Assembly (NCBI GenBank): GCA_011109175.1
Contig: RDEW01000022.1
Span: 704,273-768,272, forward strand
Length of the DNA stretch: 64,000 nucleotides
Source: Dicyema japonicum
Taxonomy: Eukaryota > Animalia > Dicyemida
Direction: 5' to 3'
Of the stretch, positions 36,442 to 48,359 are shown piece after piece. Position numbers and translations under genes: made by a program. Every line of letters begins with the position of its first letter. Position 1 is the first letter of the stretch. Under the pieces are notes generated by a model, which did not search any database, was not told the DNA's origin, and saw nothing but the letters and a program-made list of their open reading frames with translations.

Positions 36442-39174
36442 TTATTCGTCGTCATAAATTTTGTTATGAATGATCGCTAAAAGTTTCCTGGCTCTTTCCA
36501 AGACATCTTCAATGTTGTGTTTTTCTGCCCTCTCTAGAAATTATGAGTCGGGAGTTACCATTGAAAAACTTTATAATGTCTGCAAAACCCATTTTGTAGT
36601 GCATGATTACGTTTCTGTGCTTCTGGATGAGTGCTAAGGCCAAAAACACGGCAAAGTAGTCGGAACATACTTGCTTCGCACTCCAAATGACTTCCCACAC
36701 CTTGAAGGTGTCTTGGTAGGAGAACTCCCTTTTAAAATCGAGTAGGAACCACCGATAACAAAAATAGAACTCAGTCCCGTCATTTAAGCCAATAATGTAA
36801 TCGTAAAACTCTTTATCAATTGTCTAAATGAGTCCCCCCGACAACCTCAGTCACCACCGACAAGTAGTTAAAGTAATTCTCCATCCTCTCAGTTGGAGGG
36901 AAGTTATCTCCCCTCTGCCTCATCATTAAGGAGAAGCATTTGTGGGCTAAGATCTCTAAGATTCATTTCACAGCCCACCGTCCTTTAGAACCACCAAAAA
37001 GGGGGCCACCAAATCGCACATCCCTTGAACATACCCCACGTGCAGTTTGTCGATCGTGTAACTAAAATGGACTTATTCAATTACACAAGTAGCATGTTCT
37101 CCAATCTTTTCACATTTGCGTCTCCAAAAAAGAGAATTTTGTCGTTTATGTAGTTTCTGTCACACCTAATCGTGTCCTTCTTGATCTTGTTGGCATTCTT
37201 TGCCATACTTTTTGCGAAAATGTCCTTTAACTTATAAATTCGACTACTGTGTAGTTAATGCTGAGTTCCTCACTCACACTGAATCTTCTGTGGTTCAACA
37301 ATGAGGGCTCGTACAAAGAGTTTAGACTTCTCCGTTTTAAGGAAGGAATAGTAAGCCATTTTTGATTACTTGGGACATTTTCATTCTTATCTGAGATGAT
37401 TATAAACAGGGGACCAGTTAGGCAGTCACAAGAGTTAGAAATGGCAATCAGGGAGATGTTAAGTTTTCTCATGTAGTCCTCTCTGCAGTTTTTGTCGATG
37501 TTTCTTTTTTCTTCAAAGGAAGAGCTCCAACAGTAAAGTCCCAGTAAGTACGGCCAAACCTGATCAGTGTCTCCCAAAGACAACCTCCTGTCTTATTGAG
37601 TCATCCATCCCTCCCCAATACACTCTTGTGACCATCTCATTAAAGTCTTTGGGGAATTTCCTGTTGTTAATTTCTTCCCAAAATCTTCTAGTAACTCCTT
37701 CATTCCTCGAGTCGAGTAGTGGAGCATGTATAACCAGTTTGTACCTCAACTTCCTCAACTTTTGGGACTTTTTCACGTGACATTTCCCTTAAAGTCAATG
37801 ATTCCTTACATTCCTGGAAAAATTTTCCCAAAATCTTCATTCGAATGCGCTTGAGTGCGTAACTTAGTATTTTTTCCGTGCTTGTATTTTTTTGAAAAAC
37901 TGAATAATTTGGCCTCGATTCTAACATCCTTGAGGGAATTCGACAATCTGGTGGCCCCACAGTGATTTCTAATATGCTTCCCCTTCATACCTTGGAAATT
38001 GAAGTATTCCTTAATCTTGACCGTGTATATCCCCTGTGAAGCATCCTCAATCGATTCGATCGCCTCTCTCGCATCGGAAATGTTTGAGAACTTCAACTCC
38101 ATGAAGATCTGTCCATGTGTGCCTTGAACCATTAGAATTCCCACGGAGTCTCAAATTACTATAATTATACTCCCTCCAATCAGAAATAACGTTCTTATAT
38201 TACTCATGGCTATATTCCGTAGAGCCACAGTTTGAAGTCTAAGTTAAACTGAGGACAACTTTTTGTCACAGAGGGCATTGTTGGACGTCCAGTTGAAGAA
38301 AAAATCGTCCTCTTTGTAGTGAATGCAGAAATATCCTGCCGAATTATCTCCACCATTCTACTTATTATAAATTTTGTACATTTTTGAGAAAAACATAATT
38401 CTTTCCGTAAATTATCCCAATTCTGTAGGTTTTGTGCAAACTTTCCACGCAGTTTTGAATCCTCTCCAACTCCTCCATCGACCCCCGCCCTAAAGTCAAG
38501 AAACGACCTTACAATCAAATAGCGCTTATTTTCAGACAAGTAAGGACTGTCTAGGGACATGAAGTACCTATTGATGAGTTCATCAGCGTGGGGATCAGAA
38601 TACAAACGCAAATAGGAGGAAGCGAAAGCGTATTCTAAGCTGCATGGTCCCTCAATCAGATTCAAAAACAAATCACAAAACTCAGAGTCCCTCATGAAGG
38701 CCTCCTCCTTGTAATATTTTCTAAGAGGTCAAATGCTCTCCAAACTTTGAATTTGACATAAAATATCTGATAATCTCTGGCAGAGTTCGAGTCGCTATGG
38801 CAATAGATATCCACCAACTTTCCTCCCGCTCACTAAGGTCACAATCTTTTCTTACAATTTATTTGACCCGCTCAATTTCCTTTTATTTATGTTTTCCTTC
38901 AATTTTTGTACCACGTGACACTTTTTATTTACAATATCCAAGTGCCGTTTGTACTTTTTGTAGTGTTTTTTCAACTCATCGTCAAGGACTGCTTTTATGC
39001 TGTCTTGTTGTGACCCAAAGTAATAAACCACTAAGGAGAATGACACTCACACTGTCCTCCCTTATGTAGCGTAGAATGACGAACTCCTCGAGGACTTGTT
39101 TGGTCTAAACTGGTCACTCCACTGAGAACATATCGTTTTAAGTCATTCAGGAGAGCATGTTTCCTCAAAGCCAT
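36442..39174 (-). CDS. SGSM1: Small G protein signalling modulator (RUN + TBC Rab-GAP), many short introns
   Basis: LLNDLKRYTKQVLEE..REDS; LIEGPCSLEY..SDPHADELINR (RUN region); VYWGGMDDSIRQEV/WPYLLG; WEVIWSAK..FLALALI..FADIIKFFN..RAENHN (SGSM-type TBC end). SGSM1 versus SGSM2 not resolvable. Confidence 0.9.
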
Positions 39175-40312
39175 ATCAGTTTAAATATAGTAAATATAAT
39201 AATACGGACAATTCTCATTTATTATTATCAGAATAACGTACTGTATTGATTAATAGCTGAGGTGGATAGCATGAACACGTGGGTCTTACAAAGGTCACAA
39301 TCAGTAGGGAACTCATCATTGATTGACTGTGGCATAAGGAGTTGGGACTAATTAATTATTGATTCTTCGATTTACGCAAATTACAATTTAGTAACATTTA
39401 TCCTCAAAGTAATCTGTGTGACATCTGTTAACTTGATTAACTCATTGATACGTACTGTATGTCCTTAGGCAGTCCTCCCTTGCCAAAGAGTGCTAGACTA
39501 AACATATTTCTTGATTTTATAAAAAATTAATTAAAACTTATAGTTAACATGCATATAACCTAATTTGACGTATTTTATAAAATATGAACAATTGGTTAAC
39601 CCTTAAAATGATACACTTGTACTTTTTTCTTTGAATGGTAGTATTTAGAAAACATATTTTACTCGCAATAACAAACTTAGTGGGTTCGATTCACCCCATT
39701 TGCTATTTGGTTCAAGTTTTTACTTACTTCCACCTGTTTATTCTGTTTTTTTGTTCTAAAAAAGTAGCGTCATGCGATCCATCTGCCCAAGATGAAATGA
39801 TTATTTTCTCTTTCAACTCAACTGAAAGGTTCCAGCATCTGCAAGGAATGTTCTGTACGTGTGTGAGATTAAAAAATCTCTCTTCTTTTGCCACCGTGGG
39901 AACCAAATACATTTAATTTATTGTGAGTCTTTACCAATCATCCTCATGTCTCTACTAGCTTCCAGAGACCGGATCCCTTTGCTGATTTTATGGACTTGGC
40001 TTTGAAAAGTTTTGAGATGGTTTCTTTAATTAGTTCCACCAATAAGTGACTTTCTTTGGTTCCATGCCTTCTTCCACTATTCTTTGAAGTAGGATAGAGA
40101 ATTATAACGTGACCTGAAGTCTTTGATGTCAAATCCAAATAGATTTTTGTCTACAAAGCCAGCTAATCGACATTATTGTAGTTTATGGTCCTGAAGAGTC
40201 TCCAAGATTATTACTGCGGTCACTCTTAAGTTATAAATAGAGACAACTGCCGAGTTGGCAGAGACAAGTGTTAGAGACGTCGCACTGTCATTGTTCTTTA
40301 CAATGTGATCAC

Positions 40313-40740
40313 TAGGGCGGAAATTGTCCTATTTAGGACTAAAAAGAGTAGGACATGCTCATATTTGTCCAATTTCAAAGATAAAATTGTCTAAAATAGG
40401 ACACATTTTACAACAGCCTTCTAAAATGTCCCGTCGCTTCAATTGCAGTGGAACAATCTTTCTCTCGTTTGAAAAATGTCTAAAGATTGAAATTTCAATG
40501 AAATGAAAATATTTCAAATTATAATTTCTCTAACAATGCATAGTTTCAGTTATTTTCCATATAAATTGGCCTAAAATGATTACTTTGGTTGGTTATTTTT
40601 TAGAATAATTTAAAGCCCAGATTAAGTATTTGCGATATTTTGTTTACAGTTAAACGTGAAAAATATGAAAAAATAATAAAATTGTCCTATTTTTTCTTGA
40701 GATTTCCTAATTGTACTATTTTGTTATTATTTCCGCCCTA
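40313..40740. mobile_element. MITE-like element with terminal inverted repeats
   Basis: TAGGGCGGAAAT ... ATTTCCGCCCTA, with repeated subterminal TTGTCCTATTT / AAATAGGACA motifs; no clear TSD. Confidence 0.7.
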
Positions 40741-40899
40741 TCATTATCAATATGAATTTCCCCCGTATTTTCCAGCTGATTCTTGAACCAGGTTAAGTAG
40801 AATGACTTTTTAACCTTAAAATTAAAAATTTATTCTTAATTTAAACTTGTAAATTATAGATACGAAGCAATAAAAGACAAATGTTGTTTTAAAGACTAT

Positions 40900-42048
40900 T
40901 TATTGAAAATGGAAATTACGTAATTTTCCAGATTTCTTGTACAAAAGTTTCTGTTTATCTCAAAATCTCTTGAATTGCGAAAAACATTTTTCGACAAATG
41001 CCGAGGATGGCTGACAATTTAGAAGGAACGAATAATCTTTAGGAGAGACATTTTTACATTCCATATTAATAATTTTAGTTAGGTCCTTTCCGAAATTCTC
41101 TTCTCCAAATATTGTTTGACCCTTTTTCATCGTTCCCAAAATCTATTACACTAAGCGTGATATGCGAACTCTATTGTACACTCGCTACTTTCAAATTGTA
41201 ATATTTTGTATGTGATAAATTATTATATAAAAAAACCTGGAATATGTAAATAGTTATGCGAAATAGGCATAAGCTTTGTACTAGTTTTCACTTTTCAATG
41301 CATTTTTCGTAGAAGTTACTAAAATTCTTTCGTCCTAATTAACTAGTAATCACTGGGATTAAATTTTTTGAATAAAAGATGCAGCAACCAGTACCCCATC
41401 TCGTCAATACGACTTTGGGGAAAGGATTCCAATTTCGGAAACAATTTTCGCTTTTGGTTTTTCCTAGTAGAAGCTTGTACGCTAGCTATCACATCATCTA
41501 CTTCTGGATAAGATTTTGAATAAGTAATTTTAGGCAGTTTGATTGATCTCATCAAAACCGCGACATATCGTTTGTTTCGGATTTGAGTTTCATCGGTTAT
41601 CGCAAAATTTTTTGTTCTCTAGAAAATAAAATTTGATGAAATACTTGAATATGCCCCTGAACGATGCAATGTGTTAATTTGTAATATATTTGGCACAGTT
41701 CCTTGCTTGCAATTGCGAAGTAGGGAAATTTGGTTGCATTTTAAAATGATCAATGAACAAAGGCATTGATAATTTGTTAAGCGGAATGTCACATTTCAGA
41801 AGAGCCTTAGTCACCTTCAAATCCCAGTTTCAAACGATCTATCAATATCATCGAAAAATCTTACCAACGGAAATTTTATTTTTATTTGACAGCCTGTGAA
41901 GGTTAACAAAGTGCTTTTTTGAGCACTTAACTGTCGTTAAGCATAGTTTACAAAATAACTCATGGTTATTATGTAATTGAAATTCTTTTGGAAAATCGTT
42001 AACAATTAATGTTGCTTTAGTCAGAGAAGACTTAGAAATACGTGGCAT
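40900..42048 (-). pseudogene. Decayed CGGBP1-like (hAT-related) transposase
   Basis: MPRISK..LFCKLCLTTVKCSKKHFVNLHR zinc finger; VTKALLKCDIPLNKL; AITDETQ..RYV. Confidence 0.6.
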
Positions 42049-42453
42049 ACAAAAAAACGTGTAAACTACAAGCTGTTTAATATTTATTTAATAAAATAAT
42101 AATTTTTTGAAATAATTAAAAAAATAAATTTAAAAAAATTAACCTTACAATATATTTTTTTAACTTTTCAACTTTTTAATTTTTTTTAAATATAAAAAGG
42201 GAGAACGTTTAAATGAAAAAAACAGAATTTGTTTAATTTTAATGTAAAATATTAAAATTTAACTTTATTAACTTTATCACCCCAACTTATAACTTATAAG
42301 CTTTTAGAAATCATGAGATTAGTCAATGAGTACACGAAGCCTTGGAAGCAAGAACCAGTATGAGTACGAACATATTCTCTATTGTTAATCTCGGATTGGT
42401 ATGAGCGAATGGTCCTTTGTGATGCAAGAAAAACCATACAATTGGCACTTAAG

Positions 42454-44170
42454 ATTATTATTATTACCCCAGGATCACTGGGTCAAAGAGAATGAATTAA
42501 AAGTTCTCAACTAACTAAGTGATCCCAGACCGACAAGGGAGAGGACGAGTCCGATGGGGTTGAGAATCCTGTACAGCTCTTCTCAATGGAAATGACATCG
42601 GCTCAAACTTTTTACATGTTTTGTGATATTTCGATAGTATATGAATCAGGGAGTAGCTCGGTAGACTGACCGCCATTAAGAGTTTCTGTTGTAATTCGAT
42701 TAAGAAATTTTCAATGGGCTGGATTTTGTGTTCTGGTCCAATTAACTTTACTGCAGTCTCCTCGATTGCGGATAGTTTCAATGAGGAGGATCGTCAAATA
42801 TGCATTGCCCACGAAGGAATTGCATAGATCATTGTGGCTCGTTCATAAACCGCGGCAAGGCTCCCAGTTTGGTTTCTAATTGTTTTTGAGAGCACTTTTA
42901 AAATTCTCATTTTCTTCAGAGAAGTTACTTTGTTATCACCATGTCGGATAAAGGAAAGTCCCTGATCAAAGGTGACTCTTGAATCCTCGGTGCGTTGTTA
43001 ATAGGAATAGCCTCAATCTTCATAAAGATTTTTGGTTCGACACAGAGCTGTCTTTTGTGAGTGGTGAACAGTATGACAGAGGACTTTGTTGCTGATGTGT
43101 CGAGTCTCCGCTTCGAGAGCCATAGTTCCAGCTATTCAAGCATTTGTTGAGCGGACGGAGTTCCAAGCCAAAGTTTCAGGTTTGGGTGGATGTTCGTTTC
43201 AAATATTTTCTTTTTAAGGAGTTTCCTGAAGACTGAGTCGAACGCTTTTTTGATGTCCATGGATATAAGTACTGTTTTTGGGTTTGGGAGTTAAATCCCT
43301 CCGAAATGAATTGTGTGAGGGTTGTGAGGTGTGTTGTGGTCGAATGGTTACCCCGGAATCCGTGCTGGGTCAAATGTATTGAAACTGAGTCTTGTACTTT
43401 TCCTGCAGAGAGCCTTTGATAGTCTCGTCCATCTGTTTGCATTTTCTGCCTTTATGTTATTGCCGATCTCTCTATTCAGTTCTCGTATTTTTCTGATGTT
43501 CCTTTCTGTTGGCGATTTGACCACCTTTAGATTATTTGATAAACTTTTCGTCGTTGTGTTGTGTTGAAACGTTTCGATGACGTAGGTTGGAATTTACTTC
43601 CTTTTCGCAGCGTTTATGGTGGAGTTGAACCATTTCACTAACTGTTTGACGGAGGGAGAAGTGGGGAAATTCAAGAATATTGGATCGTGGTCACTCCTGG
43701 TGTCATATTTCACTGACCTGTCGATGGATGGAGATGACAGTGAGATGTCAATCGATGATGGTTTATCGTTACGTCGAGTAAGCGTCGGATCGTTGAGTAT
43801 CAAGAGACTGTGAAGGTCCTCAATTAGCATCTTCCCCATATTGTCACGGGCTTGTCCTGTCAACCACAATGGGTGCTTCGCATTGAAGTCACCACAGATA
43901 ATCAAATCCTTCAGTAATGTGAGAGTTGTCAATCTGGGGGCACAGGAAGAGCAGGAACTCAAAGGTGGGAGATATGCATTGGCAAATATTATTGAAAGTC
44001 TTAGGAAACTGATTTTTGTAGCCACAAATTTGAGATTTCCATAACCTTTAAGCATACTGTAGACATTGTCAGTTATATTCTCAGACGGAATTCGGCTGCG
44101 AATTACTGTGAGAAGGTCCCCATCAAATTTCCCGTCTGTCACGACCAATTACTGTGAATCCCGGAAATAT
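42454..44170 (-). mobile_element. Degenerate LINE (APE, RT domains 1-3, conserved 3' module)
   Basis: IICGDFNAKHPLW..SSIDISL..TRSDHDPI; QHGFRGNHSTTTHLTTL; 3' module shared with 22140-22393. Confidence 0.85.
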
Positions 44171-44179
44171 TGGTGTTGA

Positions 44180-44900
44180 ATTCTTGGGGGGAAATCTAGA
44201 TTCAATGTTAGGGATGGGGAGGTCAAGGGTTAGGGTTAGGTTTTGTCATAAGTACTATAAGGTTTTCTTGTGTTCATCCGATAATCGTTAAGGACTATGA
44301 AATTATCCAGTAGAGAGAGGAGGAGACTTCCTCTGACATCAGCAGTTTGGATTTTGTACCACGTCGGGTGTTTCGCATTGAGGTCCCCACGTATCAACAA
44401 ATGTTTGTATGGATGTAACACATCCAGGGAGAAGGTAAACTTTTTTGGGCAGTTGATGGAGGGAATTTAAATATTCACAATTTTAATATTTCCCGTGTTT
44501 GTTCGAATGGAGATTCCAACGTATTCTACGGGAGATTGAGGATCATAATGTGAAGGAGTTTTGTGTGTCCGATCTTTCTTTTGACGAGAGTAATGACACC
44601 TCCTCCACGGCCAAACTGGCGATCCTTTCTGATAACAGCGTATCCCGGAAGTGTTTGAGTAAGGGAGGAGTGTGTCATTTTGTCTCCCGTAGCAGGCACA
44701 CGTCTACTTCATAATTCCCTAAAAAATTCTACGCTAGATTATCTTTCCTCTCACTCAATTTATGTTGAATGATGGAAAGAGATTTCGCTGGTCCTGGATT
44801 AGGTTTGTTGTCTCAAGAGATGGTTAAGAGCGTTCATGACAGGTCAGATGAATAATACAGAGAACCGTCCAAAAAGACATTCTTCATGGATTGGAGTGAT
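44180..44900 (-). mobile_element. Ingi/Vingi-like LINE 5' region and APE
   Basis: DNKPNPGPAKSLSIIQH; LRET; GYAVIRKDRQFGRGGGV; IRGDLNAKHPTW. Confidence 0.75.
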
Positions 44901-44989
44901 CAAATGAACCTTTTTACTGGAGATCAATTCTACATATTTTTTTGAGGTGGTTATGTGCCTCTATTTTGCACTTCTGTCTATAGAGCATT

Positions 44990-46120
44990 AGAACAATCCA
45001 ATGACCTAACCATCATTGCCTCCAATGTCAGAGGCCTGAATAACGTGTCTTAGAGGCACCTTCTATGTTCCGATGTTGAGAAATACTGGGTTTATGTATG
45101 CTACTTGCGGGAGACTAAAATAAAAAATGGACATTAACAGACCTCAGTCCATCATATTTATTGTTTATTGGGAGGATTGAAATGTGAAAGTGGGAACTCG
45201 TAGAGGAAATGAAAGCTTCATTGGCCATCACGGAAGAGGAATCAGAAACTTTACGGAATTATCTTGGCAGACTGGTTTCCAACACCTGCGCGTTATTAAA
45301 CTAAATCGACTGGGCAACGATTCTTACCTATCGGAAGCTCTATTAACAATTTCAACCAAATTGACTACATCATCTGCCGAGTCAAAGAAAAATAACTCCT
45401 ACCTGCCTCGAGGTCTTACGGAGGTGCAGCTATAGACAGTGATCACAAGAATTGACCTACCACAATGAGAGCCAAACGTAGATGTAAGAAACTACAAAAT
45501 GGAATAAATGTGTTCCTCTGCATCGATCAGAGACAACTACCAAATGTCAAATACGAGATCCTCACAGCTCAAAGACTTATCAAAATGTTCGCTGCACTTC
45601 GCCTGCTCGACAAAAAAAACAAACTCAAACTCCTCATCAAAAATGTTCCTGCTCAACACAGAAAAACAAACAAACAAACTCAAATATCTGGAGACGGCAT
45701 TAAGAGACCTTCGGAAGTTCTATGATGGCAACATTGTCGAAATTGCTTACGCAGACGACGTCGACTTTGTGTCAGAAGACAAATCGACTTTACTTCGACT
45801 CCTCCAGGTGGCACCTCCTGAACTGAACAGATGGTTCCTCAGAATGAACACCGCAAAAACCGACATTGTGGAAATCAAGAGAATGAAAACAGATCAAGTG
45901 AAACATGGCGAAAAACGAACAAACTTGGTTCTTGGAGACAGCCAAGAAATTACCAGAAAAAAGACCCTCGCTTGGGTAACGATGGACAAATTAATGAAAG
46001 ACTGAATTGGCAAACGACGATCCTGCGCATCACTTCGTTTGAGACTGTATGGTTTTACGTATTTTGCCTAATTCCACAGTCGGCGCCACCAGGAACGGCG
46101 AACTAACTTAATGAAGGTAA
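44990..46120 (+). mobile_element. Deleted RTE-clade LINE
   Basis: TIIASNVRGL..LRETK; EIAYADDVDFVSED..RWFLRMNTAKT..LGDSQEITRKK, similar to 16200-16420. Confidence 0.75.
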
Positions 46121-46124
46121 ATTT

Positions 46125-46431
46125 AATTTATTAATATACCGAGAAAGAAGTTAAAGTAAAAACGACTAATTAAGTGTATTCAGTTTCCACTTTTACAGAA
46201 ACAGAGTCCATCCGGAATCAGAACAAAGGGTAAATACGTCCATTACTTGCAGTTGTGGAAACCCCTCCAGTGGAGTGAGGAAAGCAAATGATCTTTTTTC
46301 GTGCCAGCCTGACACTGGGCGCCACCTAGACAGGTGGATCACTTGACGCCACTCTAATAGGTAGGGAAAGAGGAGGAGCAGACAAAACAAACAGAAGACT
46401 TCAACCAATTAGCACCACATGGCGCCACGTG
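46125..46431 (-). mobile_element. Non-coding non-autonomous retroelement family A, copy 3
   Basis: Starts CACGTGGCGCCATGTGG; collinear with the other two copies. Confidence 0.9.
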
Positions 46432-46489
46432 GCGATAATCTATTTTCCGGTCAGGCTAAATTCAATTGAAATAGATTCTCTGACTAAGA

Positions 46490-46710
46490 ATTATTTTATT
46501 AACCCAGGCTTACCACTGAAGCCCAGCACAAACAGTCAGGCTTCCGCTTCCGAAGAGAGATGGGGCAGTAGGTCCGTCCAGTTCCATAATACAATCTTCA
46601 TCAGAGGATTTTGTTTGACAAGAATTGACCTTTGTGAAAACTCCATCTCGGATTCGAACCCACGAGCTTCAGATCCGATGTCATCAGACATTAACGTTCA
46701 GCCAGAAGGC
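46490..46710 (-). mobile_element. tRNA-derived SINE (family C), apparently complete copy
   Basis: Head shared with 1098-1159; ends GCCTGGGTTAATAAAATAATT. Confidence 0.78.
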
Positions 46711-46838
46711 AAATGAAAATTTATTTAAGTTAAATAATTTATAATTATTTGAATTTAAAAATATATATTAAATGGTGAACCTAAATAATTTGCAAATTTG
46801 GTTTTAATTAGATTACTTTATAATTTGCATAATCTGCT

Positions 46839-47018
46839 ATGAGTGATTACGAAAGACCAAACATGTGGAAGAGGTTCCTACTTTGGCTTAGAAAGTTTCA
46901 AAAGCCGAAAAATGAAGAAATGGCGATAGACAACCCTACGGAAGTTGGACACGTAATGCACATTGGCCACGACATGCAGAACCTTCCGGAGGAATGGCTC
47001 ATGGCTATGAAAAACTAG
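46839..47018 (+). CDS. 59-aa CRIB (Cdc42/Rac-binding) microprotein
   Basis: MSDYERPNMWKRFLLWLRKFQKPKNEEMAIDNPTEVGHVMHIGHDMQNLPEEWLMAMKN*; I-x-x-P..H-x-x-H-I-G motif plus a PAK-like LPEEW; one residue below the ORF-track cutoff. Confidence 0.72.
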   Translation: MSDYERPNMWKRFLLWLRKFQKPKNEEMAIDNPTEVGHVMHIGHDMQNLPEEWLMAMKN

Positions 47019-47162
47019 TTTTGTATTATTACGCTGATGATTGTCCAACTATACAATTTACTACTAATTTTTATTTTTGTTAACTGTCTTTAACCACAAT
47101 GATTATGCACGTAAAATCAACAAAGTAATATTAAAAATACTTTAATAAAAATCAAATTAATA

Positions 47163-48359
47163 TTATTTTTTCTTTAAGGATTCCACGATAGAAGCAAAAG
47201 GGTCATACGACTGAGTTCCCTTTGTGGGGTCACTATCATGCCAATCGGTGAACTCTCCCCAATTGGGTTCACTGTCCTGTTCAAAGCTTACAAAATCCCC
47301 AAAGTCTCCATCGGTAGTACGATTCATGGGTTTGGTATTTACAGGAGAGGTCGACGGTGGCTGACCCAGATATGTTGTGAAGTCATTAGGGTTGGAGAAC
47401 AAAGTAGTCCCCGAATACTGACTACTACCAGTAATGAGGTCACTGGAGTCGGTTGGCAAAGAAGTGGTCCCCGACTGTTGATTCATAGCCATCAAGTCCT
47501 CTAAGCAGAGCAAATCTCCCTCGATCGGAGGCATAGAATCAAAAGTACCACCTGAATATCTCTTAGATGGTGTTTCCTTGATCTCATCAGGAATACTCAT
47601 GTGAGCATTCCTTTCGTAGTCACTGTAACTCTGAGAATGAGGAGTGCATCGTTGAGAATAGCTAAAAACAACAAATCAAGAAAACCTGGAATCTTTCTTC
47701 CACCCCCGAATGGAATCGACAATAGAGGGGATCACTCCATCAGAGGACTGTCTCTCATAGCAGCTGGAGCCTCAAATGAGCAAAATGAGAACCCATAACA
47801 AGTGTGGGTCCTATCTTTTCCTGAATCTCCTTAGATTTAGTCCTCTCTCGGAAGAGGACATCATCATTAGACAGCAAATCGAGGATCTCACAGACCCTAC
47901 TCCTCACTAATTAAAATCAAAAGGAGTGAGTACCATTGATGCCTTGATCTCTGCCTTCCTTGTCGAGACATGAGTAGTGCATGAAGTTCTGCCGAAGGTG
48001 GTGTGTAACCCCCTTTGCATGGTCAATGAAAGCAGTGCTTCCATGGAGAATAAGGTAATGAAGAAGTTTGAGACACTAACACACGTGGTCGAATAATTTT
48101 ACCTTATAAACCCTGACCCATTCATTTTCTGTGTCATCAAAAAGCCGCTTCCAAAGGATTCGACAGACGTCGTTGAAATTGGTGGTTGACTGTGCCATCG
48201 CATCAATAATAAATCGCATGTCCTGTGTCGTCGGCCCAAACTCCTCATAAGAGGTGACGTCACGGACTTTACATTGGAGTGCGTTGAGTGTCAGCTTTGA
48301 TTTACTAAAAGTGATCAAGTGGGAATTCACAATTTGTCAGCAATCTCTTTAAAATTCAT
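47163..48359 (-). CDS. CLINT1: ENTH-domain clathrin interactor 1 / epsinR homologue
   Basis: MNFKEIADK|FK..KVRDVT..GPTTQDM..LWKRL..WVRVYK|CLKLLHYLILHGS..GRDQGIN|VR; C-terminal DFGDF, WGEF and DPF motifs; introns of 26-27 nt; about two single-base fixes needed. Confidence 0.85.

Noticed and set aside
39680-39697. GGTTCGATTC B-box-like sequence
   Set aside because: No T-stem pairing, A box or cloverleaf around it.
39600-40200. Minus-strand ORFs 39724..39912 and 39944..40138 as a host gene
   Set aside because: Fragmentary; the weak WADGSHDA..EQ similarity suggests a hAT remnant, too faint to call.
44227-44240. GGGTTAGGGTTAGG telomere-like repeat
   Set aside because: Only about two units, lying inside decayed APE coding sequence; likely chance.
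46874-46891. 18-nt GT-AG intron in the CRIB gene, which would be the shortest in the window
   Set aside because: It is a multiple of three with no stop, so the frame does not need it; no evidence without cDNA.
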